IMG/VR virus record: IMGVR_UViG_3300027710_000010
Location: 235,583-299,582 of that record
Origin: a virus
Taxonomy: Duplodnaviria; Heunggongvirae; Uroviricota; Caudoviricetes
Reading direction: 5' to 3' (one strand)
Length of the DNA stretch: 64,000 nucleotides
In this document: positions 19,101 through 26,419 of the stretch, piece after piece
Numbering within the stretch: the first letter of the stretch is position 1
Layout of the letters: the number at the start of each line of letters is the position of its first letter
Notes under the pieces: generated by a model
The model's input: only the letters and a program-made list of their open reading frames with translations
Told to the model about the DNA's origin: nothing
Database searches by the model: none
Position numbers and translations under genes: made by a program

Positions 19101-19989
19101 CTTGACCAGTTGAAGATATATTTGTAGCAGTTACCTTATTGCTTACACCTAAATCACCAATTACGTTTGAGTTGGCTAGTAATTCAATTGTACCAGTACC
19201 AACAGTATTAATTTCAAAATTGCTATTTGAACTAGTAGTCTCAATGCGATTGCCAACAATTTGAATGTCGTCAGTACGTAGTGGTCCACCTATGATATCA
19301 CCAGTTACTGTTAATGTTCCGCCAATAGTTATATTGCCAGGCATCGTAATTGCGCCTGTTGGCCCAACAGTTAATGAGTTGTTGATAACAACTGAACCAG
19401 TGCCGTTACCGTTTAAATTTAAATCGGTATTAGTAACGCTAGTTGTTACTGTATTGTTGGATAGGTATAAATCACCTATCTCTAAAAATTTAAAATTACC
19501 GTTTAACCAACGTTGTCCAGTACCACCTAGTATATAAGTGTCTGTGATATTTGGCATGATATTACTGTTAATATCTGCCGCAAATACTACGTTGTCGGTA
19601 TTGTTATCACCTAACTGTAATGATCCGTCTGCTGTGATAGATCCAGTGGCGTGTAAGTTGCCGTTAATTAAAACGTCATTGTTAATTGTTACTTTGTCTA
19701 AGTTTGTGGCTGCATTTAAAATTAAATCGCCAATTTGACTGCTAATAGTATTGTCATTGATAAAAATTTCATCAATGTCTAGCGAGCCACCTAATAGAGT
19801 TGTTGCACGAGCTGTGCCAGTAATGTCTAGGGTGTATGCAGGGTTAGAGTTCTTAATACCAATTCTGTGATTGGCAGAGTTCGGATCTGTAACCTTAAGA
19901 TATAGTAGATCGTCCTCAAAGCGTAAATTAACTCCATCTCGAGTTAAATTTTCCTTTAAGAGCGGACCTGAAATGCGACCAATGGCCAT
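13189..19989 (-). CDS. Long tail fibre/virion structural protein with internal repeats
   Basis: 2266 aa, T/G/N/V-rich, starts MAIGRISGPLLK, has 'G.T.ERP....G..R.N' joints and ends 'AIAFAIALG'; GAGGAG SD. Confidence 0.85.
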   Translation of the reverse strand: MAIGRISGPLLKENLTRDGVNLRFEDDLLYLKVTDPNSANHRIGIKNSNPAYTLDITGTARATTLLGGSLDIDEIFINDNTISSQIGDLILNAATNLDKVTINNDVLINGNLHATGSITADGSLQLGDNNTDNVVFAADINSNIMPNITDTYILGGTGQRWLNGNFKFLEIGDLYLSNNTVTTSVTNTDLNLNGNGTGSVVINNSLTVGPTGAITMPGNITIGGTLTVTGDIIGGPLRTDDIQIVGNRIETTSSNSNFEINTVGTGTIELLANSNVIGDLGVSNKVTATNISSTGQVTFATGASGSVASFGTTGNRVWIQGGAANNTIYSENNQLQIAPGGLNWTTQGALFTTTNVAVKYTTTSTSSTTGALTVAGGAGIAENLNVGGTLGVSGSATLGNLQVNGTTTLTGPVTASNNLTIGGTLTVTGDIVGGPLRTDDIQIVGNRIETTVSNSNFEINTVGTGSIELLANTNITGTFDVSSQATLASANVEDLTSGRVVLAGVSGELEDSTNLTFDGSTLTVTGDETVTGTATLGNVVVNGTSLLTGVVTANNNVNIAGTLTVTGDIVGGPLRTDDIQIVGNRIETTASNSNFEINTVGTGTVELLANTNVTGTFDVSSQATLASANVEDLTSGRIVLAGTSGELEDSSNLTFDGTTLTVTGNISVTGGTTSTINGITITGTTVDSADSSGITFTPLVTFSSDASVENNLYVRNQITTENILVEGNLTVLGTETIINSDSFSVNDGLIYIGEDNQSDVIDLGFVASFDDGTYQHSGFVRDATDGKWKLFEGVIDEPSLTINFAQATYATLKLGTLEVDSLLNSNLTSGRVVLAGTNGALEDSTNLTFDGTTLTITGDQDIVGNLDVSVQATLASANIEDLTSGRVVLAGTAGELEDSANLTFDGTTLTVTGDQHITGDLDVDGDITLGGNIRIGNQDVDTVTVVADFTSDLFPNESNTYDIGRANKAWRTLYASEFDNNVININDNTIKTTVSNADLELRANGTGNIIVPSNDVTFSQNLDVTGTTTLNTTVVNDALTVNASSTFNNTVDVNSTLTVTGAVVVNGDTTNTGNVSVSGNLIVTGDIVGGPLITDDIRIDGNTIKTTASNSNLELDTVGTGSIELLTNSRVSGTFDVTGNTTLGTTDADTVEVKAEFISNLVPDTTDLYDLGIAGKRWNQLNTNNALIGDVSVSGSTIETTLLNSDLYLNANGTGSVIISNLLTLGSSGSLSFSGETVNFNNILIDGDGDYSVIRTIDSNTNLYLDAAGTGTINLTSNTNIVGNLDVTGDITLGGNIRIGDTTLDTVTVQADFTSDLIPNASNLYDLGASDKQWRIVNAAEFDNNVININDNVITTKVSNADLELRANGTGTILVPQNDVTFSQALTVNGNTILDVVTINDTLTVNAPSTFNDTVDITGNLTVTGDTTQQGNLTVTQNLIVTGDIVGGPIITDDIRIAGNRIETTASNSNLELDTVGTGTIELLANSKVTGTFEATGLSTLAQAEVSDLTATRLVLAGVNGRLVDNADLTYNSFGQLSTNQLIVNSYANFKSNVKVEQLTTGRVTFAGADQTLADSANFTYNGTTLTVTGNETVTGTVIVGTSITVPIGNITTLNSGEANIDSIRIDTNVISTTESNADLVLDPSGSGIVYISGTGAVRIPAGNTFERPATGEAGFIRYNSQTNNIEAWNGVVFTGISGGSSADANGDTLITFETAGNNEDIIRFFTGVAGETPGSTLDSVERVTISNNGLTVDNNVRLQNNYIETTVSNSDLELRAHATGRVYVPTNNVEIENNLTVNTATYLNTLDTSGQATLASANVEDLTAGRVVLAGVNGELEDSANLTFNGTLLTVTGNEEITGTLDVTGNTTLNYTEIDELLVSGKVRISGNVIENTVSDEDLIIRASGSGRVILDGSGSPGDTGNVFATDPLLTLNSSQYGANTYDSGLIIERGSDINKAFIWDESADAFALVSTIEQGTVRGNVAITNYQDLHVASIKLNSESINKVTFTDASKIVRTIDSGAVAYVDGVIKFNTGAEAAIPTGTTAERPVTPQEGTVRFNTTDLAFEGYAEGSWRSMGFGSGTAPTYQGFLANGTDFEFTLSQVPLSAAAIMVAINGVVQEPNIAYTVDGSILRFIDDTSTVVAPEQSDRIDVRFLSMPAVTSVHTVNFTADGVSDTFDTQFQIPNEECIMVFVNSVYQDTEVYSINGTEVTFVDETPSLDDRVNIVIFPTIIAPDLPTKTYVDQQITLVSNTATDDAIAFAIALG
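17990..19330. repeat. Imperfect tandem coding repeats (414-nt period) in the 2266-aa fibre gene
   Basis: Blocks encoding 'TGDIVGGPLRTDDIQIVGNRIETT.SNSNFEINTVGTG.IELLAN' recur near 18254, 18668 and 19265 (offsets 414 and 597 nt), with looser copies near 15550-15680 and 16620-16750. Confidence 0.85.
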
Positions 19990-20095
19990 ACTCTCTCCTC
20001 ATACACCGAGTTGCACGGATAACCAAATTTTCAGCTTGCGCTCTTTGCTGGTTTACACAGTTTAATTGCCCAGCCAACTTTGGCATGTGCTAGTG
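19990..20095 (-). promoter_or_regulatory. Candidate structured 5' leader of the long fibre gene
   Basis: About 100 nt between TAAATA (20096-20101) and the SD; stems GCCA/UGGC, AACCA/UGGUU, AGC-GCAA-GCU, CCG/CGG. Confidence 0.45.
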
Positions 20096-20101
20096 TATTT
20101 A
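20096..20101 (-). promoter_or_regulatory. Late promoter motif TAAATA
   Basis: GGTAAATAC at the upstream edge of the fibre-gene leader. Confidence 0.6.
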
Positions 20102-20124
20102 CCAAAAATTTAAATAATGGGGAG

Positions 20125-20625
20125 TTACTGGTCGAATCCGTGTAGCACAGTGAGTTCCTTACCAAGAGGTAATGGAGAACTGAGTACAAGGTACCATCCT
20201 GCGGCATAAGGAGCGTTAGGTCCTGAGCTAGGATTTTGTACTAACGTATAGTTAGTTGTGGAAATTTGCATAACGTTTTCAACTAAAACAATTACTGCGT
20301 CTGCGCTGATAGGAACTGGACTTAATAATCCAAATGTTGTTTCAACATCGTCTCCTGGTCCAAACGTTTGTTTAGTAATTGTAGTAGCTTCTTTAAATCT
20401 AATGCTTCTCCAACTACTGTTTTGATAAGCTTCTAATTGATTATCAGTTGTGTTGTATCTAATATGTCCGTTCACTGGTGTGGCTGGACGATCTGTAGTG
20501 TTATTGCCTTTAGGAATCAATAGCGAATTTCGTGTGTCCATTAGAACTTGCCCGTTGATATCAACGGCTAAGCTATCGTCTTCGATATTCTTTCTTGATA
20601 AGTTTTGTTTTTTTAGAAACTTCAT
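20125..20625 (-). CDS. Virion structural protein
   Basis: 'LLIPKG....RP.....G.IRYNT....LEAY' joint plus 'GDDVETTF...V.VENV.Q....Y' Ig-like module, both also seen in the fibre proteins. Confidence 0.7.
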   Translation of the reverse strand: MKFLKKQNLSRKNIEDDSLAVDINGQVLMDTRNSLLIPKGNNTTDRPATPVNGHIRYNTTDNQLEAYQNSSWRSIRFKEATTITKQTFGPGDDVETTFGLLSPVPISADAVIVLVENVMQISTTNYTLVQNPSSGPNAPYAAGWYLVLSSPLPLGKELTVLHGFDQ

Positions 20626-20626
20626 A

Positions 20627-20947
20627 TTAACTTACTTGTAAAGTACAGAATGTTACATTTAGTCTGCTGTTATCACTCGCAACTGCACTGATAAAATCTT
20701 GTGAACCTAAAATAATCTTTTCACTATCAAACGTTAGTGTTTCGCCTGCAGGAACTAGCAAGTCTTTGATAATTCTATTTGTATCGCTAGCAGTTCCACC
20801 ACTAGGCACTAAGTTAAGTGAAGACAATGTGACATCTGATCCGCTATAGTTACAGAAAAACATAGTAGTCACAGCAAATTCCTGTCCCGATGGAACAGTA
20901 TAAACTGCCGTTGGTGTAGTTGTAACTAATGTATTAGAAATTGCCAT
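20627..20947 (-). CDS. Small beta-rich virion structural protein
   Basis: 106 aa; AAGGA SD; 'VYTVPSG...AVTTMFFCN'. Confidence 0.7.
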   Translation of the reverse strand: MAISNTLVTTTPTAVYTVPSGQEFAVTTMFFCNYSGSDVTLSSLNLVPSGGTASDTNRIIKDLLVPAGETLTFDSEKIILGSQDFISAVASDNSRLNVTFCTLQVS

Positions 20948-20956
20948 TTTTTATCC

Positions 20957-21949
20957 TTAAAACAATAATGAGTATAACAATGCTTTTTTACTGCTTATTA
21001 ACTCACCGTTTGTTGTTGTATTTACAAATTTAATTCCAGTGCCGCCAGTTCCAATAGTTGCACTGCTATAAATTTTATTTTGTCCTGCTGAGCTTGATGG
21101 TGCAGATCCTTGATTTGCTAATGATAATGTATCATTAATATATACTAGTCCAGTCCCGTTTCCGCTTAATGACAAATTAGTGTCAGTAAGAGTAGTTGTA
21201 ATAGTATTTGATGCTAACTCAAGATCCCCTACAGTAAAAGTGCCAATGACTGCTAATCCTGTACTTGTTACTTCAGCTCTTGTAGTTCCATCAACTTCGA
21301 TAGTTACTTTACTAGTGGCGTCACCTGCATCAGTGTCATATGATCTTGCTCCAGTATTGTATGGAGTTGATGTACCGCTGTTAAATCTATAAAATCTATC
21401 AACTAATGCCACACCTGATGAAGCCGCTACGTAGTCGTTTATCCATTTTTTATTTGGAATATCGTCGTCATCTGTAACTCTTAATTCATAATCTGGAACT
21501 TGACTTACACTAATGACTCCGCTGCCTGTAACACCGGTATTGATCGCAAGATCGCCACCGCCAGTTTGTAAACTATTAAATTTCAAACCTATTAAGTTTC
21601 CAACAGCATCTACAAATGTAAATGCACCTGCTCGAGTTACACCTGTTGGACTAGTATGCGATAAACTTTCATCAAATAAGAAACTAGCATCTGATACTGT
21701 TCCTCTTTCAATAGTAAATCCAGAAGTAACAAGCGATACTCCTGAACTCTGCTCACCTACATTTAAGTATATAATATTGTCTTTGACAGCCAAAGTTTCA
21801 GAGTCAACTGTAGTACTGTTACCTAATACAGTTAAATCACCAGTAACGATTACACGACCAATTTGATTGCCCGTGTCTAATGTTATGGTACCGTTTTGTT
21901 GGGTGACTACTTTGTAATCACCGTCTTGGACTCTGACTACTTTTGACAT
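20957..21949 (-). CDS. Virion structural/fibre-associated protein
   Basis: 'V.GDLTVLG..TTV.SE.L.VKDNII.LN' fibre motif; C-terminal ELISSKKALLYSLLF. Confidence 0.7.
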   Translation of the reverse strand: MSKVVRVQDGDYKVVTQQNGTITLDTGNQIGRVIVTGDLTVLGNSTTVDSETLAVKDNIIYLNVGEQSSGVSLVTSGFTIERGTVSDASFLFDESLSHTSPTGVTRAGAFTFVDAVGNLIGLKFNSLQTGGGDLAINTGVTGSGVISVSQVPDYELRVTDDDDIPNKKWINDYVAASSGVALVDRFYRFNSGTSTPYNTGARSYDTDAGDATSKVTIEVDGTTRAEVTSTGLAVIGTFTVGDLELASNTITTTLTDTNLSLSGNGTGLVYINDTLSLANQGSAPSSSAGQNKIYSSATIGTGGTGIKFVNTTTNGELISSKKALLYSLLF

Positions 21950-21950
21950 A

Positions 21951-22343
21951 TTAGATAGCTGTTAGTACGATATAGTTAGCTGATGAATCATCAGTGACTG
22001 CCCACTGATATCTATTGTTGCTGAAATCTCTGCAAGTTCTGTTATACATCTTAGCGATTCTAACAGAAGTACCACCGCCAGTACTTAGATAACCTACGAT
22101 GGACATTTCATTAGCACCTAATGCGCCGGCAGCTTTGTCTACTAGGATACATACACCTTCGTTACCTGTTCCGTTGGCAGCATCGTTTACTTTGAATGTA
22201 CGAACTGATCTCTGTGACAATATGATACCTTGTGCTGATTCTGCGTTAGAACCTACTTGGCAGTTAATTGTAATGTTGTTACCTTCGGTTCCTACTGAAC
22301 CTGCAGTTAAACCGAAATATCTTTTATTAATTGGGCGTCCCAT
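21951..22343 (-). CDS. Hypothetical virion protein downstream of the major capsid gene
   Basis: Start re-called to MGRPINKRYFG (22343) because of a strong TAAGGAG SD; the track's extra 27 codons run through a structured leader. Confidence 0.75.
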   Translation of the reverse strand: MGRPINKRYFGLTAGSVGTEGNNITINCQVGSNAESAQGIILSQRSVRTFKVNDAANGTGNEGVCILVDKAAGALGANEMSIVGYLSTGGGTSVRIAKMYNRTCRDFSNNRYQWAVTDDSSANYIVLTAI

Positions 22344-22426
22344 TTGTTTCTCCTTAATGATTGACGTTCTAGGTCTACGCGGTGGGTAACCGCATAAGTC
22401 TTGCTTTATGCAAGTTCTAGACAAAG
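22344..22426 (-). promoter_or_regulatory. Candidate three-way-junction 5' leader RNA
   Basis: UCUAG/CUAGA closing stem encloses hairpins CUUGC-AUAAA-GCAAG and UUAUGCGGU-UACCC-ACCGCGUAG; lies between TAAATA (22427-22432) and the SD. Confidence 0.55.
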
Positions 22427-22432
22427 TATTTA
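22427..22432 (-). promoter_or_regulatory. Late promoter motif TAAATA
   Basis: GATAAATAC just downstream of the MCP terminator. Confidence 0.65.
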
Positions 22433-22458
22433 TCGAACTTGTTAAAGTGTATAGCCGT

Positions 22459-22482
22459 AAAAAAGCACCCCGAAGGGTGCTT
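22459..22482 (-). terminator. Rho-independent terminator after the major capsid gene
   Basis: AAGCACCC-UUCG-GGGUGCUUUUUU: C(UUCG)G tetraloop hairpin followed by a U tract. Confidence 0.9.
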
Positions 22483-22504
22483 AGTCTTTATTCTAGTAAT
22501 TAGA

Positions 22505-23695
22505 TTACTTGAATGATAGTTTGCTTGTAGTAACTGTAACTGTACCTAAGTAGTCAGCCGCGTTACCAAGAGAACTTGCTGTGTTTGACAACTCAACATA
22601 ACCATAACGTGTCATGAATGATACGACTGGTTCGAATGTTGATGGATCAAGAACAACACCACTGCTCATCAATGGAATGTATGGGCAATAGAATGCTGCG
22701 GCGTCGCTTTCGCTTGTGCCTTTGTAACCAACAAGCACTTTATTACCAGCGTCTGTTGAATCAGCAGAATATGTGTTAACATAAACTTTCATTGCACCGT
22801 TCAATGTACCAACTAACTTAGTGTTTGTTGGAGCTTCGAAAGTACCTTCTGTTGTACGAGCAAATGCGCTAGTAGTTGCAGACTGAAGAACAGTCAACAT
22901 TGTTGGTGATACAACACACCAGTTACCAGCACCACGACGTGTACGCTGGGCGATACGGTTTGCAACACGGTTGATCTGAACGGCCAATGCGGCATGTTCG
23001 TCACCAACGAATGTAGCAGTACCACTTACTGCGCTTTGGTCGAATGATTCTGTATTGCTTGAACCAGCTAAAGTTGTCAATGAAGAGATAATCTCTTGAT
23101 CGATTTCAGCTGTAATTTCTTGCGCTAAAGCAGCCATGATTTCTGCTTCGATGTCAATGCCTTGTTGGGCTTGTGCATCTTGAGCAGCTTCAAACGTCCA
23201 GCGAGCTGACAATTTACGTGTCTTAGCTTCAACTGTCTGTTTCAAGATCTGAATGCTTAAACGCTTACCAGCTGCGCCTTCTAGGGCGGCAGTTGAAGCA
23301 GCCTTACCAGTACCAGCGGCACCAGAATAGCTTTCTGCGATCTTGAATGGGCTTAGTGCCTCTTCACCAGCTGTTGCATCTCCTGTACCACTTCCGTTTG
23401 TATCGCTGTAGCGAACACGTAGAGTATGGATTTGACCAACTGGGCCAGTCATTGGTTGTACACCAACTAACTCGTTAGCGATAACGGTTGGCATAACGCG
23501 ACGGATCACTGGAAGGATCACGCGATTTAAAGTTGCGACGTTGCCGGCAGAAGTGGCACCTGTGCTTGCAGATTCTGACAAGTACTTACGAGTATTCTCG
23601 AGAGTAGCTGACATTACTGAACGCTTAGTACCTTGTAGGCCTTCTAGAAGTGCCTCTTTGGTCTCTGCCCAACGGCCGTGTAGTAGTTCTGACAT
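22505..23695 (-). CDS. gp23: Major capsid protein (T4 gp23-like)
   Basis: 'LPVIRRVMPTVIANELVGVQPMTGPVGQI', 'VEAKTRKLSARWT.E.AQD', 'EI.AEID.EI', 'FYCPYIPL', 'TRYG'. Confidence 0.97.
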   Translation of the reverse strand: MSELLHGRWAETKEALLEGLQGTKRSVMSATLENTRKYLSESASTGATSAGNVATLNRVILPVIRRVMPTVIANELVGVQPMTGPVGQIHTLRVRYSDTNGSGTGDATAGEEALSPFKIAESYSGAAGTGKAASTAALEGAAGKRLSIQILKQTVEAKTRKLSARWTFEAAQDAQAQQGIDIEAEIMAALAQEITAEIDQEIISSLTTLAGSSNTESFDQSAVSGTATFVGDEHAALAVQINRVANRIAQRTRRGAGNWCVVSPTMLTVLQSATTSAFARTTEGTFEAPTNTKLVGTLNGAMKVYVNTYSADSTDAGNKVLVGYKGTSESDAAAFYCPYIPLMSSGVVLDPSTFEPVVSFMTRYGYVELSNTASSLGNAADYLGTVTVTTSKLSFK

Positions 23696-23706
23696 TTAAA
23701 TTCTCC

Positions 23707-24804
23707 TTAAATTTTTAGTCCTGCGAGCCTGCGGATGTCAATAACCTGACCATCTCGCTCGCTGCTACGATTGCTGTTGGAAATTTCTTTATTTCCTGTT
23801 ATTTCTTTTGCCTCTAAAAGTGCCTGTTTCTTCTGCGGAGCATTGCCTTCTATTACAGCTGGCAAATACTTGTTAAAACTTTCAACTAAACGATGTGTTT
23901 GCACACTCTCTAATAGTTCACCCATAATGCCTTTTTGTTCAGCCGCTAGCGGTGCCAATAATTCATTCATGGTTTGTTTTCTTACCATACTCTCTTTAAG
24001 AGTATTGATTTCTGCTTCCTTGCTTTCTATGACTTTCTGTGCTGTTACTGCAACGGATTGTGCTTCAGCAATTTCAAATTCTTTCTTGTCTATGACTTTG
24101 AGCAATTTGGCAGCTTCTGATTTTTCATTAATATAACTTGTTTGAAATTCGTTGCTAAACGCTTCGAATATCTTACGACCAAAATCAGCTTTACGAGCGG
24201 CATCAATGTCTTCACGTAATTGTGTAAGTTCAGTCTTTAGACTTGACTCAACAATACCTTCCACCATTACTGCGGCACGTTGTACAAACTGAGTTTTAAT
24301 CTTAGCAAGTTGTCCTTTACCTTCACGGATCAAGCGAACTTTCGTTTCGGCAAGATCTTGTTTATCTTTGTAAAATTCAGCGATTTCATTGGCTAATGCT
24401 TCTACTACAAATTCTTCTAACTTGAAGAACTTTGAAGCCATGACTTTTTGGTCTTCATGCAATTCTTTTACTTCAGAAGCTAGTTGACGTGCTACGAATT
24501 CCTTCATAACAGCGGCATCATTCTTCATCTTAACTGCATACTTGGCTTTAGCTTCGGCTAATTGAGCGCGGTCTTCGATGAACTCGGCAATCTCTGGTGC
24601 TAGTTGGTCACTAACCATACGGTCAATAGCCTCTACCATCACAGATCTGTCGTGTTCATAACGCTGACTGAACTCTTCTCTTAACGCTTGAGTAACTTGT
24701 TCTTTATTCTCGTTTACACGAGCTTCCCATGCTTCCTCGATTTGCGCCTTGATATCCTCAGAAATCACATTGTTTTCAAATAAAGATTTTAGTGCATCCA
24801 ACAT
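23707..24804 (-). CDS. gp22: Prohead core/scaffold protein (gp22-like)
   Basis: Coiled-coil, E/K/A-rich, lies between the protease and MCP genes; 'FGRKIFEAF'. Confidence 0.8.
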   Translation of the reverse strand: MLDALKSLFENNVISEDIKAQIEEAWEARVNENKEQVTQALREEFSQRYEHDRSVMVEAIDRMVSDQLAPEIAEFIEDRAQLAEAKAKYAVKMKNDAAVMKEFVARQLASEVKELHEDQKVMASKFFKLEEFVVEALANEIAEFYKDKQDLAETKVRLIREGKGQLAKIKTQFVQRAAVMVEGIVESSLKTELTQLREDIDAARKADFGRKIFEAFSNEFQTSYINEKSEAAKLLKVIDKKEFEIAEAQSVAVTAQKVIESKEAEINTLKESMVRKQTMNELLAPLAAEQKGIMGELLESVQTHRLVESFNKYLPAVIEGNAPQKKQALLEAKEITGNKEISNSNRSSERDGQVIDIRRLAGLKI

Positions 24805-24816
24805 GTGATTCTCCTC

Positions 24817-25452
24817 TTATTGGAGTTTGCTTATTATACCTAATAAGCTCTCTTTTAAATAACGCTGTGCTGCCGGGTCACCCTTTACCTCTTGCGCTAT
24901 GCGTAAGGCATTATAACCACCACGACTATTCATCAGGTGTTCATAAATTGGCGTAGGATATGCTCCCGGTGCACTGGGTTGAGCTACCACATCTACTGTG
25001 ATAATCTCAAAATCGCTGACTCTTCCAGTTCCGTCACCGCTGACGTTGCCTGAGCCTCGACTTGACACTCCCAACTTAACCCCACTTTCTAACATAGTTC
25101 TCACTAGTTGTCCCATGGGAGTTGGTAATATCTTAAACTTTCCGTAACCATTTGGTCCGTCCATCCACATTTCTGTAATCATGTGTGACACACGGTCCAA
25201 ATTAATTTTTAGGTCATCTGGATGATCAACTTCACCTAATACAGAGTATCCGCCAGAAATTTGATCGTTCAAAGTTTTGACAGCTCGCTCAATCTCGTCC
25301 ACAGGGTACACACGTTGGTTAGCATTTTTAATGCCACCTTGTATGCAGATACCCTTCATATATAGGTTCTTCCCGTCTTGTCCGTCAGACTCGACCACCA
25401 TACGGGCTTGGTCGAAACTGAGGTTTTCGCGAAGATAGTTGATTTTATTCAT
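24817..25452 (-). CDS. gp21: Prohead maturation protease (gp21-like)
   Basis: 'KNANQRVYP', 'LGEVDHP', 'KILPTPMG', 'LGVSSRGSG', 'DVVAQPSAPGAYP'. Confidence 0.95.
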   Translation of the reverse strand: MNKINYLRENLSFDQARMVVESDGQDGKNLYMKGICIQGGIKNANQRVYPVDEIERAVKTLNDQISGGYSVLGEVDHPDDLKINLDRVSHMITEMWMDGPNGYGKFKILPTPMGQLVRTMLESGVKLGVSSRGSGNVSGDGTGRVSDFEIITVDVVAQPSAPGAYPTPIYEHLMNSRGGYNALRIAQEVKGDPAAQRYLKESLLGIISKLQ

Positions 25453-25455
25453 TTT

Positions 25456-26331
25456 TTATTTGCCGCCAATAATGCTTTTTGCGTTAGCACCATTGTCGCC
25501 AGTGCTTTTCTTCTCTGCACCATGACCTGCTGAAACAGTTTTTAAGTGTTTCACACCTGCTTTACCACCAGGAACATTAACGTTGCCGCCATTTTGATCC
25601 TTGGTAGATGGATTTAACAAGCCGCCTTGTGTGCCGCCTTTTCCACCGTCACCACCTTTTACGATGTTGCCAGTTGTACCACCCATATCATTTTTACCAG
25701 CTACGATCGATTTCTTGTTTGCACCGTCATCGCCCATCTTAGCTGTTACTTTTTCTACATATTCACGAATAAACGCTTCATCTGTTGCTTCAGTATCTTC
25801 TTCGTCATCGCGAACTTCCATAGCTTGCATGTCTTGTGGAGCCATCATCTGTCCCATCTCTGGAACTTCGTCGTCGCCCATGTCGCCCATGTCGTCTCCG
25901 CCTTCTTCGCCGGTGTCATCACCGCCCATTAGGCTTTCAAATTCGTCACGTAATGCATCTAATGCATCTTCTAAATCTACTACGCGGTCTTGTAGACCTT
26001 CTACGTCGTTACCTGACAAGTCAACGCCGTCACCAGCATCACCGCCAAAGTCATCTCCGCCTTCCTCGCCATCATCTTCGAGGTCGCCTAGCATGTCGTC
26101 GGTGTCATCACCGCCCATTGCTGCCGCTTCGGCCGCAGCCATATCAGCTGGCTCTTCTTCAGGAACTGCTCCTGGTACTTCGCCATCTTCATTGAAATCA
26201 TCTGCAAGTAATGTTTCATAAATTTCGCGTGATTTTGCAACTACGATATCATGAAATAATTCCTTGGCTTTTTGTTCGTCTTCATTAATTAAGTGCTCGA
26301 GCATTTGCTCGAATTTTGAACGGTCAGTCAT
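25456..26331 (-). CDS. Highly acidic prohead core-like protein
   Basis: D/E/G-rich centre and G/K-rich tail; occupies the gp67/gp68 position between portal and protease; AGGAG SD. Confidence 0.6.
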   Translation of the reverse strand: MTDRSKFEQMLEHLINEDEQKAKELFHDIVVAKSREIYETLLADDFNEDGEVPGAVPEEEPADMAAAEAAAMGGDDTDDMLGDLEDDGEEGGDDFGGDAGDGVDLSGNDVEGLQDRVVDLEDALDALRDEFESLMGGDDTGEEGGDDMGDMGDDEVPEMGQMMAPQDMQAMEVRDDEEDTEATDEAFIREYVEKVTAKMGDDGANKKSIVAGKNDMGGTTGNIVKGGDGGKGGTQGGLLNPSTKDQNGGNVNVPGGKAGVKHLKTVSAGHGAEKKSTGDNGANAKSIIGGK

Positions 26332-26366
26332 GTTAAGTTCTCCTATAGGTATGAGCTGTCATAAAA

Positions 26367-26372
26367 TATTTA
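26367..26372 (-). promoter_or_regulatory. Late promoter motif TAAATA (head operon)
   Basis: GTAAATAT upstream of ATG 26331. Confidence 0.6.
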
Positions 26373-26419
26373 CACATTATGCGAAAAAACGTGCTATAAT
26401 GGTGTGAATTCGAGACATT

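Noticed and set aside
1784-19738. Many plus-strand ORFs of 60-180 aa (Pro-rich or Val/Ser/Thr-rich)
   Set aside because: Antisense shadows of Gly-rich and repetitive fibre genes, with no SD or promoter and composition mirroring the sense codons.
1-19989. Diversity-generating retroelement acting on fibre genes
   Set aside because: No reverse transcriptase in the window; the repeats are in-frame, differ mostly at synonymous positions and show no adenine-specific pattern.
25601-26221. 206-aa plus-strand Ser/Pro-rich ORF
   Set aside because: Antisense shadow of the acidic Asp/Gly/Glu-rich core gene.
26392-26400. Plus-strand extended -10 (TGCTATAAT) antisense to the head genes
   Set aside because: No properly spaced -35 and no downstream plus-strand gene; could be chance in AT-rich DNA.
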